Shown piece by piece: positions 36,301 through 48,223 of a DNA stretch of 64,000 bases (positions are counted from its first letter, which is position 1; each line of letters opens with the position of its first letter). The notes below the pieces were generated by a model. It made no database searches, was not told the origin of the DNA, and saw only the letters and a program-made list of their open reading frames with translations. The DNA lies in the NCBI GenBank assembly GCA_032718475.1, contig JAUCBJ010003239.1, forward strand, positions 1-64,000, written 5' to 3'. The translations under genes and the position numbers were made by a program. Source of the DNA: Nemertoderma westbladi (taxonomy: Eukaryota; Animalia; Xenacoelomorpha).

Positions 36301-38069
36301 GGTATAGTCTTGTAGGAACGTCAGTTGGGCTTCCCAGTCCCTCCATCGCTCAGCTAACTTTTCTGGGATGGGGTCGTCCCATTCCAGTCCGGCTTGCCAA
36401 ATGCTGCGGAGTATGATCCTAGCATGTAGGATCACTGGACTAATGAAACACAATGGGTCATACAATCGACTCATGGTCGATAAGCAAGTCCTCTTGGTGA
36501 GAGGTCTAGTCTGGTCGTTGGACCTTACACGTACCCTAAAATTGTCGGTGTTAGGGTCCCAACTAAGTCCTAATACTTTGGTCGTCGGCAGAGGTTCTAG
36601 GTCTAAGTCCAAGTCACCTCCGCTACGATCTATCGGGTCAAATGAGTTCACCAGCTCAGGTTCGTTGGAAGCGAACTTCATCAGGTGAAATCCGCCCTCA
36701 GCGAGACAATCCTGGAGTTGGTGTGCTACGGTTGTAGTGCGCTCCAAGGTGTCACAACTCTTGAGGCCGTCATCCACGTAGAAATCTCGTTCCACGGTCC
36801 GAACTACTTCTGGGTCAAATTGGTCTCGTCTGTCCAATGCGGTCTGCTTTAATGCGTACATGGTGCAGTTGGGGCTGTCCCTGGCTCCGAATACTCTTAC
36901 CTGCATTTGGTAAGTTTCTGGCGGAAGTTGTAAGTTTCCGTCCGGATACCAAAGAAACCTCAAACTGTCCATGTCCCGCTCCAAAGCCTTAACCTGGTGA
37001 AACATGGCCTCTACGTCACAGGTGAAAGCCACTTTGCGTTGTCTAAAACGCATTAGGACTCCCATGAGGTAATTGTTCATATTCGGCCCGTCCATCAGTT
37101 CGCTATTTATAGACATCCCTTGGTAAAGCGCAGCGCAGTCGTTGACTACACGCACCTTGCCAGGTTTGTCCGGGTGTCGAACAAAATGATGTGGCAGGTA
37201 ATATGTCTGGTCTGTGGTTACCTCGGGATTTAACATCCTAATGGCGTATCCCTTTTAGAGATACGTCTGAAGTTGTGCATTGTATTGCATATGGGCCGTC
37301 TCGTCTCGCAACAATCGCTGCCTTATTGATTTGAGTCGCCTCAAAGCAAGCGGTTAATTGTTAACGAGTTTAGGTTGTCCATTGCGCCACAACATACCAA
37401 CCTCATAGTGGCCATTCGCGGTCTGGCGAATGGTATCTCTCATAATATTTAATGACCGTTTTTCCTGTTCTGACATAGCGGTCTCGTAACTACCGGGTTC
37501 TGCTGAGTCCTGTTCCAACCATTGAATGGTCCGTTCAGTCAGCAGTCGGTCTAGCGCTGCTTGCACTGCGCCATGGTCCTCGTCCACGTCTTCGTCCGCT
37601 GCGGTGGCTAGTGTCAATGCGTCTGGTAGGCTCGCAAGCCTTCCGGTGTCACTAGTCGGCGTCGAATCGTCGTGCGGCGGTTTGACAACCTTTTGATCTG
37701 TCGGTAGGCTCGCAAGCCTTCCAAGATCAACGACCGGTGTCGAAGCCTGGTGGGTGGGGTCAATGACCTTCGGATTTTTCGGTAGGCTTGCAAGCCTTCC
37801 AAAATCCTCGTTCATCGAGTCATCCATGGCAACAACCCTTTGGTCTTCAGTAGTCAATACAACCTGGTCTACTGCAAGTAGTTGTAAGTCAGAGGTCCGC
37901 AGGTCATGTCCAGATCAGTTACGTCAGTATTGGTGGCGTCTGCGTTAGTGACGCAAGTCTGTCATAGTGCCGTCCGTACAATTGGACCACAGGAGTGTGA
38001 AGGAGAATTATCTATCGTGTTAGTCAATAAACTACATGTACTCAAAACATCGTCCTCCTGGTCACTTAC
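33375..38069 (-). pseudogene. pol: Bel/Pao pol of element A (RT, RNase H, integrase, C-terminal domain), disrupted
   Basis: YYLPHH, KVRVV, DVEAMFHQV, FYVDD, HSFSDAS, NPADIASRG, DCFGP, CDQGTNF, GGVWERLI; in-frame stops at ~37354, ~37255 and ~33660; frameshift at ~34950. Confidence 0.92.
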
Positions 38070-39249
38070 TGTAAAGGCTTTTGCGGAATTAGCTGGTTAT
38101 TTTCCCCGTAAAGTACTCTGTAGTTGGTTTAACAGGCATAAAAGGCCGTGTCCTTACTCTACTGGTGTTTTAGAGGACATAAAAGCCATTTCTTCTGTAT
38201 GTGTACTTTAGCGGACATAATTAGCAATTCTATGACGCAATACGCCAGATCCTCTTGAAACAGTGTAGCTACCATGACGACGGCTAACAGCTGATGCTGT
38301 ACACGTGGAGCTTTTTCTTTGTTCTCTGTTCCTTCTTTGTTCGGTCGACCAATCAGAGCGTTTTTTGCCTCTGCGTTAGAGATTGTATATAGAAACTCGT
38401 GGAGTTGAGTCAGTATGTGATTTTGTCCACAGCCTAGAACACCGGCTTTGGAACCTCCGTGTTTCAGTCTTTAGCCCAACATTAGTAAGCTTAATTATAG
38501 AACGTATATCTGTTATCATAACATAACTTAACGAACCATAACATACAAACTAATCATATTGTCAATCACAAACACCGCATTTTTACTGCTATTTACTGTC
38601 GGTTATTCATTATATTTGTTGATGGAATATTATATTTGGAATACTGATAAATAATCAGACACCCCAATCTTCTTGATATACTAAAGGTTAGAGAGACAGG
38701 TTACATATAATGATTGCGACTTACATTAAGTGGTTTGAAGTGAATCTAATGCTATTTCATAGGCCCTACATGTATTGTCTGTTGTTCTCTTTATATGTGA
38801 CTAAAATTAGTGAAGGTCGGCAGATTAGTGTGCAGCATTGTGCAGTATTGTGTATGATTGTGACTGATAACAAAGCATCTCCTAAAGAATGCGCCATATA
38901 CGTGAAGCCAGTGATAGCCATCCCATTGTGTTTAGTTTAAGTCATAACTCTGTTTACATATTTAGAGCGCCACGTCCTAAAGGAACTGTTAATATTTCCC
39001 GAAAGTGAATAATATTTGTCAGAGATTATATATTACGATCAGTCGAATAATACAGTAGGCCTACCCCGCAATACGGTTAGGCTTCCGAATCCAGTCTCCC
39101 GGGTATATCCAGCGGGTGAATGATCGCGCATAGACTGGCTTTGGCTAATGTAGTGTATCAAATACTTGTCATAGGCTAAAGACGATCTATCATCTAAAAG
39201 ACATCCCAATTTGGCAGGTTAAACTGCTAAAGGTCTGAAAGCGCGAACA
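38070..39249 (+). repeat. 5' LTR of B copy 1 (TGTAAA...GAACA)
   Basis: Homology to 43925-45061 starts and stops exactly at TG/CA termini. Confidence 0.85.
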
Positions 39250-39529
39250 ATAACAGATATAGCTTCTGTATTGCGGTAGGCAATAAAGCTGAAGTACCGG
39301 TTAACCGGTACCTAGTAGGCCTGACTACCTAACCACCCGGACCGGTACCTACAGCAGTACAGGTACAGCAGTATTATTCGATTTGATAGTTATATACCGG
39401 TAGGCCTTAATATTGAATCAGGGAGGGCCCGCCCTGGTTTTTTATTGAGATTTTACTTATTTCTGTCAGTTTTATTTATTTGTAGGCCAATATTGAGCAG
39501 AAGGCGTGTAAGCCTGCTCAGATTGTACA

Positions 39530-40108
39530 GATAATTTGTAGGCTGGACTGTTGTCTGACTGTTGTTAAGTCTGAGGGGACTGTAGTGTGTGTAGAGCGTA
39601 TGTCCGAAAAAGTACTAGTTAGGAAAGTAGGGGCTGCCAGTGCTGTGAGGTGAACCCCCTCGAAAGAATAAGTCGTACTACTCGGTTAGAACGCATACTA
39701 ACTAACCATTTCGGAGTCTGCATATACTGTAGTTTATTTAGGCTTGATAGTAGTCTGCCAGCGTTTGGTCTGTACTTTGTTTGTGTAGTCTGTACGGGTA
39801 GCGTAATATTTCTTATTTAGATAATTTGTAGGCTGGATTGTTGTCTGGCTGTTGTTAGGTCTTGAGAGATTTCGGTGTGTGTAGAGTGTATGTCCGATAA
39901 AGTGCCAGTTGGGAACGTAGGGGCTTCCAGAGCTGTGAGGTAAACCCCCTCGAAAGAATAAGTCGTACTACTGGGTTAGAATGCATACTAACTAACCATT
40001 TCGGAGTCTGCATATACCGTAGTTTGTTTGGGCTTGACAGTAGTCTGTCAGCATTTGGTCTGCATTTTGTTTGAGTAGTCTGTACGCGTAGCGTAATATT
40101 TATTATTC
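39530..40108 (+). repeat. ~290-bp tandem duplication in the family B leader
   Basis: gataatttgtaggctgga...gtagcgtaatattt occurs twice. Confidence 0.9.
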
Positions 40109-41439
40109 AGAGTTTATGCGATTATTCGCAACATTCATATCCCCAAGTTTATTCCTACAGTAATTGTGCTTGTTATATATACCGTTATAGTTAAACTAAC
40201 CCCGGTACTACATCAGGGCTGCTTGGCATAGGTAAAGACTGGTGATTTTGTGCCCCGGTCACTCCAGCAGATACCGTGGTTCTTTTAGCTGTTCAAGTAT
40301 TTTTAACTACTGATTATTTGTTGTATAAGTACTTGTACCTTATTTAGGGTTTAGTGTCGTACAGTGCTTTCCGAAGGTGATTAGTGTGTGGGCAGTATAT
40401 TTGTGTTGTAAAGTGGTTAATAGGCACGTTGGTTCTGGTAGACCGCGGTAATTAACTTCTAGGTAGGAACACTCCGTGATACATAACGTAGTACTTATAG
40501 CGATACGGCTATAAGTCGTCAGACGGTGGTATTTTCCTATCTGGACAACGCAGTATATTTACTACTACTTATTATTTTCAAATACCGCAGTACCCTGTCC
40601 GTTGTAATAACAAGATATTCTAACCCTTTGTTAGGCTGGTTTGTAGACTTCTTGTAAAATTACCCTAAAAAAATTCGTACTTGTAATTTTGTGTTTATTT
40701 AGAGATTGTAATCTCACCCCGAATTGTACGTAATTTGTAGTATTAAGTAACTTAGGTAAATTAGAATTATTTGTTTTAGTGTCCAACAAGTAGCACTTCA
40801 CTGAGAGCGCACAGCTTCTGTGTAGTGACTCCCCCCAGAAATAATAACATTTATTTCAAATATTGACAAAACCCATTAAAACGGGTATATATATTATAAA
40901 TCAACTCAAACCGATTTATAAAATAGTAGGCCTGCCATACAACAATTAGGTCTCAATATCAGTTGGACTACTGCTTAAATAACGGTAATAAAGTAAGTTA
41001 AAGTAACCAAGTAACTCTTAAAATTCAGAAATTCAATTATTCTAAAATAATTGACATACCGGTATTTACAATAGGCTTATTATATTTATTTCAATAAATT
41101 TAGGCTGAAATTATACCGGTATTCTGTAATTAATTCTAGTTCATAATTATACTTATATATACTATAAGAGTAAGCTGTATACCAGTATTCACGATAGGCC
41201 TATTATATATTTATATATACTTGTGCTGAAATTACATACCGGTATTCTGTGACAAATCTAGTCTGTGACAATACTTATATATATACTATAAGCATACCGG
41301 TATTCTAATATATAATATATATATTACGCTACACTGAGTAGCAGTACCGGTAATTAATTACTAGGCTAACAGTGATACTGAATTACTAGACTTGCTTAAA
41401 CTGTAATATAGCAGTAGGCATTCAACTGTACAAATCAAC

Positions 41440-43924
41440 ATGTCTGACACAAAGCAAAACCTATCAGATAGTCTCCTAGATACAACCATATGTGACCCAG
41501 ACAGGAGTGTGGAATGTGTGGGACCGAAGTTCAACTCAACTCCTACTGTAAGAAAGATCATCCCTCCAGTAGTAATATCAGACCCTAGGCTAGTCCAACA
41601 TCGTAGGTCTATCATAGGCACTCGAGCTCAGGTCAAGCGGGACCAAGAAGCAGCAGAACAGCAACTACCCGCGAGCCAATTTCTCAGCGGCCCGACAGCT
41701 CCAGTAGTGTGGATACTGTAGAGCTGACACCCGAGCACGGAGCAAAGATGACAGATGCGGTTTATTCGGACCCCCTTCTCATCCTTCCTGCAGCCGTGCT
41801 CACTAGGTTATTGATTGCGGTGGAAGAACACCAGATCGATTGGGCGAGAAATAAGCGATCGACTAAAGATAGTTATGCGGGATACACAAGGGAAGAACTG
41901 AAGTCTATTGTCGAGTCGCAATGGAACTTCCCCGGACCCGGACTCCCGTTTGATTTATCAGAAGCTGCCTGGGAAGACATACACAGGATGGGAGTAACCA
42001 AGGAAACCATCGATCCAGCTGTGTGGAAGAGGTCCGCAGCCGGATACGTACAGGGATTCTTCAGCTCCATGGAGCGATTAGAAGAACAACTGTTTCAACA
42101 ACCCCAAGGACCTCAAGAGCAGGGACAGCTGCTTTATCAAGTTAGAGAAAGAATTCTACGAATCAGGCTAATCTTATCGGCCTTTGAGGAGGCTTCTAAA
42201 AGAAGACAACACACATCGTTGCAAGTTGCCGTAAAGACTTGGTTTCAATGGGTGAGTCTCCAGGTTCAAGGAACGGCTCAGTGGAAAGCTCAGCTAGATG
42301 AGCGCTCAACCCATGGAGAATCAACAGACGCCACATTTTCCCAAGTGGAAAGTGAAGCGACAGTGGAGAAACCGCATAAGAGGGATGCTATTAACATCTA
42401 TCTGTCGGACTATCAACGTTTTGTAGGAGATGAAGAGTTGAGGAGAAGACTAGAGGGGCTTAGCCCTAATAGTGAAGGAGCCAAGCTTGTGTTGGACGCA
42501 ATCGATGCGGATAGGATAGCTGCAAACCAAGCTAAATTTGATGAAAGCATCCGCATCCGCTAAGGTTCAAGAAGAACAAGTAAAGAAAAAACGTATAGAA
42601 GATAGAAAGACAGCGGCAGTGGCAGCATCAGTGGCAGGGGCAGAAGCGGAAAGAAAAGCGGCAGTGGCAGTGGCAGCGGCCGAAGCGGAAAGAAAAGCGG
42701 CAGCGGCAGTGGCAGAGGCCGAAGCGGAAAGAAAGGCGGCAGTGGCAGCAGCAGAGGCAGTGGCAGAAGCAGAACGGAGGGCATCTGAAGAGACAACCCA
42801 ACTAGAGTTGGAAAATCTTCAAGAGAGGCAAGACAACTTCAATAAACAGTTAACAGCTAGTAATATGCAGATGATGAGTCGATCTACTCCCAAAAGACAG
42901 GGATATACATCATCTGAGGAAGGCGATACCACTGATACTGAAGGCGGAGGAAATAGATCTCGTCTATGCAGACGTAGAAGAATATCCCACCATCATAAAT
43001 TGCCTGATTTGCCCCCAGCTGTTAGAAGGCAACTAAATAACACAAACTTAGGTAGTACAGAACCCACAGACCAAATAATTAAAATAGAAAGACTCCCTAC
43101 TATAGTAGATGAGCCTGAAATAATTAGGCCTGTTCCCAAAGCCACCCCTTCGGTGATAGAGACACCTGTACTCCCTGAACCTACCTCTAAATTCCCTCTG
43201 CACAGCACTAAGCTATCTGTGCCCCACAGAACCACCCTTGAAAATGTTCATGTCCTGGACTCCGAGCGAAATATTAATGATTTGTCGCCCGTTGTCCCTC
43301 GTCTGCCCGCTACAACGTTGGCGCCTCCCGCTTCGGCGGTCGAGTGGGTAGATGAGGGACGACGGGAGATGGGTCTCCTGCTCGGACAGCTGAGGGAACA
43401 ACAAGGTAAGTGAGAAACCCGTTTCTAGGAGAAAGGTAACACCAGTGTGTTATACAGACGACGGCGAAAGCCAGACTTCTCAAGGAGAGGGTAGCGGGAA
43501 AGACACTGAAAGATCTTATTATGTCAATAAAATGCCTAAAGAACAGGTAAGTAAATTCAAGTCTCGAACCAATGACAGGAGAGAACAGGTAAGAAAAACT
43601 CCTCCTACGTCTCCTAAGAGAATTCAGGTGAGAAAGCCCGAAGAAAGAACGAGTGTGCACAATGTTATTCAAAATAAGGTAAGTAACATCAAACCGAAAT
43701 GTGCGCTATGTGACGGGACCCACCGTTTGAATATGTGTGTTGAATTCCTGAAGAAATCATTAATGGAGAGACGGGAAGTCATGTGGGATAAGCGGTTGTG
43801 TTATAATTGCCTCAGACAAGGACACCAACGGCGAACCTGTTACTCCGACACAAGGTGTGCAAAGTGTGGTGTGAAACATCATATCTTGTTGCACACTGAA
43901 TTTGAGCGAAACAGCCAGAGTCAG
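41440..43924 (+). pseudogene. gag: Family B gag, frameshifted and internally deleted
   Basis: Fragments match the 1523-aa ORF; frameshifts near 41680 and 42555; ~950-bp deletion near 43392; three Pao-type Cys/His knuckles at 43700-43895. Confidence 0.85.
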
Positions 43925-45061
43925 TGTTTGCGCTTTTAAGACCTTTGACAGTTTAACCTGCCAAATTAGGATGTCTTTTAGATGATAGATAGTCTTTAGC
44001 CTATGACGAGTATTTGATACACTACATTAGCCGAAGCCAGTCTATGCGCAATCATTCACCCGCTGGATATACCCGGGAGACTGAATTCGGAAGCTTAATG
44101 ATTGATGGTGTAAGCCTACTGTATTATTCGACTGATCGCAATATATAATCTCTGACAAATATTATTCACTTTCGGGAAATATTAACAGTTCCTTTAGGAC
44201 GTGGCGCTCTAAATATGTAAACAGAGTTATGACTTAAACCAGACGCAATGAGATGGCTATAGATTCACGTATATGGCGCATTCTTTAGGAGATGCTTTGT
44301 TATCAGTCACAATCATACACAATGCTGCACAATGCTGCACACCAATCTGCCGACCTTCACTAATTTTAGTCACATACAAAGAGAATAACAGACAATACAT
44401 GTAGGGCCTATAAAATAGCATTAGATTCACTTCACACCACTTAACATAAGTCGCAATCGTTTATATGTAACCGGCCTCTCTAACCTTTAGTATATCAAGA
44501 AGATTGGGGTGTCTGACTATTGATCAGTATTCCAAATATAATCTTCCATCAACAAATATAATGAATAACCGACAGCAAAAGCAGTAATGTTAAGTAAGAT
44601 ATGCATGATATGTTTAGATAACAGATATACGTTCTATAATTAAGCCTACTAATGTTAAGCTAAAGACTGAAATACGGAGGTGCCAAAAGCCGGTGTTCTT
44701 AGGCTCTGGGCAAAAACATAACACTGAATTCATGAGTTTCTGTATCCAACCTCCAACACAGAGTCAAAAAACGCTCTGATTGGTCGACCGTACAAAGAGA
44801 GAACAAAGAACAAAGAAATGTTCGACGTGGCAATATCAGCTGTTAGCCGTCGTCATGGTAGCGACACTGTTTTCAAGAGGATCCAGCTTATTGCGTCACG
44901 AGATTGCGGATTATGTCCTCTAAAGTACAAATACAGAAGAAATGACTTTTATGACCTCTAAAACACCAGTACAGTAAGGACACGGCCTTTTTATGCCTGG
45001 TAAACCAACTACAGAGTACTTTACGGGAAAATAACCGGTTAATTACGCAAAAGCTTTTACA
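43925..45061 (-). repeat. 3' LTR of B copy 2
   Basis: Inverted homologue of 38070-39249, TG...CA, preceded by a purine-rich tract. Confidence 0.85.
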
Positions 45062-45089
45062 CCGCTCCCAGAAAATGGGATTTAAGTCT

Positions 45090-46675
45090 ATAAAATATAA
45101 CAAATCACAGTTTCTAAAATATAAAGATACTCTAAACAGTTAGTCTTTCTTACGCAGACAGCGTTTATGCAGTTTTTTGAGGTTAGCAAGAGTCCTTTTC
45201 TCTTTGGGGGGAGCCACTTTACTAGGAGGGCCATAACTCCTGGGTGAAGGGTGCAATATGATTGCATCAGAAGATGTAGGATTATGGTCGAGGTATCTGC
45301 CGTTTCGATATGCTTCTCCTCGAGCTGATTTTCCTCCGCTCGTAGCTGGATACGTTCATCCAAAAACTCTCGCAGAGAATAGGATCGTCCAAGTTCGATA
45401 ACTTCTTAGAGATTCTGGATTTCCCGATCGAACTGAGATATAGTTACTTTGTTTACCGCTTGGACTTGCTAGTGCAATTTACGTTTATCTGAACAAGCGT
45501 AAGTTCCCTTTCTGATCTTTGTAGAATAGCGTCTAACTCATTTGGTACAACGCTCTCCGCCACTTTGGTGACAGGTTATATCGTGTTAAGCCGGGACGAT
45601 GGTAAGGGTTAAACAGCGATATTAAATGTCCGCGTCCCAATCCGGCTAGGTAGGATGGGCTAATATCTAGGAAGCCCACAACCGGGGTGCCACCGACTAA
45701 TTGTTCAGGTAACACTAGATCTTTGAGCAGTGAGTACAGCTCGGGAGGATCCGTCATACTAATAGGATCAAGAGTCTCACTAGGGAATGAGGAGGTCTGA
45801 TCGAGTATTCCGAAACTCTGATCATTGGTTTATTTAAGGATCGTCTGAGTCGAACGAGCGTAGGTGATACATCGAACAAGTTTCGTTCGAAACTCCCGTA
45901 AATATAGCGAGTAAAACCGTGTTTAAAGCAATGTCTCCGCGGATGTTTATGTCTTTCCGTTCGTTGGTTGGGTCTTGGGCGTTCATCGCAATAATACCAA
46001 AAACGCACTTCTTGTAGGGGAAACGCGAGTGATCTTTCTCCAGCTTACAATATTCCTCCATCCGTTCGAAACTATCCGGTACAACAGGTAGCGATCGATC
46101 GGCGGTAAGATACATCATAGTGGAATAGAGCCGTTTGAGTTCCACCATGCGGTCATGAGGTATACCTTGAGGATATCGAGTTTCTAGATTCTGTTGACTG
46201 GTAATATCGAGATAGGTTTCTCTCAAGAATTCCAGGTATTTGGTGGAGTCGCTGCGTTTATCCGGCTCTTCGACATCTGCACTTTCGAGTCGGTTTCGAA
46301 TAGAATTTTCGTGTTCGAGTCTCAGTTTATCGTTCCGCTTCCGCTGGGTATGATATTTAAATAAACCATTTCCCTTTGGTGTCTATATCGTTCGTATCGT
46401 GTAGGTCGATAGGATGACCAGTAGTTAAGAAGTCCATATACGTACCATTACGATGCGTATAGCGAGCGGTGAATTTTCTACAGTCTAACCCACGCGCAAG
46501 TTGCTCCCGGGACATTGGCAGTTAGATATAACGACCATCGTCCTCCGTAGTAGTTGGACCAGCGTCGCCGCGTATCAAGCTATCAACAAACGCTTGTAAA
46601 GGTAGAGTATATCGTTCCCTGATACCAAGATCATCTTCTATCAACTCAATCATATCTGCTATATAAGTTTATCCA
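45090..46675 (-). pseudogene. Eroded accessory ORF of unknown function in the env position of B copy 2
   Basis: Chain of minus-strand open frames (45834-46226, 45533-45757, 45088-45363 and upstream) separated by single stops or frameshifts. Confidence 0.5.
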
Positions 46676-47234
46676 TATTATAATGAGTTTATATTTAGGC
46701 GAGCGGGCGTCGCTGCCTACCCCTCTCTGCCCCCGGACAGTGCGAGATCCTCAGCGCTGGTGTACTTTCGCCGATGTGCCTATCGCCAACGTCGTAGCTG
46801 CACAATGACTACAACAACCAGCACGAGCCACTCCACCGTCCGTCCCAAAGGCTTAGATATACTTCAGGTTCTTACTGGAAAGTTAGGGTTACTTTCACAA
46901 TTGCGACTCGCTACTGTAAACACACCTTAGTAGTAACATTCACCTACAAACGCACAAATTCCTCACAACTGCCATAACTGCACACATTCGGGCCATTTGT
47001 CAGTTAGTCAGTACCTTCCAGAATGTCACTGTGTTTATTATGTATCCTTGGATACTAGCAGTGTGCTATTTATTCCGTATGCTATTCAATACGCAAGCCC
47101 TTTATTGTTCTTTTAACTCACTTCTAATTCTAGCGTGGTTGTTGCCATGGTGACATTATGGAAAGCTAGCGGTATAATTAGGGTAATTCTCATGCATACA
47201 GATCTGGGATGCTATTTAATAGTAATTCTTTAAT

Positions 47235-47907
47235 TGTGCAGCTAATTTTGCTGTACATTTTAATTTAAATGTTTTGGTTATGGGAATTTACTGTATGTAA
47301 AAATAAACCACCACGTTAGGATCTAACATGATGTCTGCATGTGCCTGACTTGTAATATTGTCACCGGTATTACTTACTTCTGTACGTGTAGTTTTTGCAT
47401 GTGCATATACCCGTACCGATACTGCAGTACCTTACCGGCAGACCGGTACTACTGCACTGCTGCATCATATAACTATATACAATAAACTCTCTCAACTGAA
47501 GTCTGTATGTAATAATGATACTGTGCTTACCGCCTGCCGATCCAATCACTTTAATGATTGAATTGATCAGTTGATTGTTGCTTATATCTTCTTGTTACCG
47601 ACTACTTTATATCAATTGCTATTTAACTTTTGTTGTATTGCTGCTACCTACATGTTGATCCTACAGTTTGATATACTAATGTCTAAATGTAACTGATGCT
47701 GTAATGCACTAATGATTGTTTTGGCTTTGAGCCTCCCTATGTTAATGAATGAAGAATGTTTAATTGATTGCTTATACTTTCCTTATAACCTACTTACTTT
47801 CTTATTGATTGTCAATTATTATTTTCTGGGATTGCGTTATACTTACTGCTTGCACCTAGCATCTACGTTTATAAATATTAGGGTCAAATACCCAAATTGC
47901 CTCCACA
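47235..47907 (+). repeat. 5' LTR of element C
   Basis: Direct repeat of 53673-54345. Confidence 0.97.
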
Positions 47908-47924
47908 TTTTCTTCGAACCGGAT
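47908..47924 (+). promoter_or_regulatory. Degenerate primer-binding site, tRNA-Tyr-like
   Basis: TTTTCTTCGAACCGGAT resembles TGGTCCTTCGAGCCGGAT but lacks the TGG. Confidence 0.6.
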
Positions 47925-48223
47925 AACCGGATACCCGGCCTACTCTACCCTGGCCTACATACCACGGCCTACAATTTTTAATTATACAGTCCACGTTTAC
48001 AAATTCGTTGCTTCTTCATTCTTACATTCAAAGAGAAACCGACATAAAACTGTAAAAGGAAATTCAAAGGTGCGTGTTCCTGTTGATATTACTGTACTTC
48101 CAGACTACAGCTAATGATATTGATTTTGTTGTCAATCTGTCAGTTTACAGTTCTTCTAGTGATTGTTGCTGAAATTCAAGCTGTCAAAAATCAGTAAATA
48201 CGTAATACTGTAATATAAATACA

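Larger units (their letters stand above)
26937..38069 (-). mobile_element. Bel/Pao LTR retrotransposon 'A' (3' portion): pol, extra ORF3, long 3' UTR and putative 3' LTR; interrupted at 38069
   Basis: Pao RT/RNase H/integrase ORFs; a shared 20-nt motif ties pol, ORF3 and UTR together; purine tract + TG at 27535. Confidence 0.8.
38070..43924 (+). mobile_element. Bel/Pao family 'B' copy 1: 5' LTR, ~2.2-kb leader and decayed gag; interrupted at 43924
   Basis: LTR matches 43925-45061 inverted; leader and gag match 56600-61635 inverted. Confidence 0.85.

Noticed and set aside
37625-37800. Three 20-nt palindromes with regular 58-nt spacers as a mini-CRISPR
   Set aside because: They lie in frame within pol, the spacers are related to each other and there are no cas genes; treated as part of the dispersed RNA motif instead
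37996-38069. TGTGAAGG as the start of the family B LTR
   Set aside because: Homology with the second LTR begins only at 38070, and this stretch reads as element A coding sequence on the minus strand
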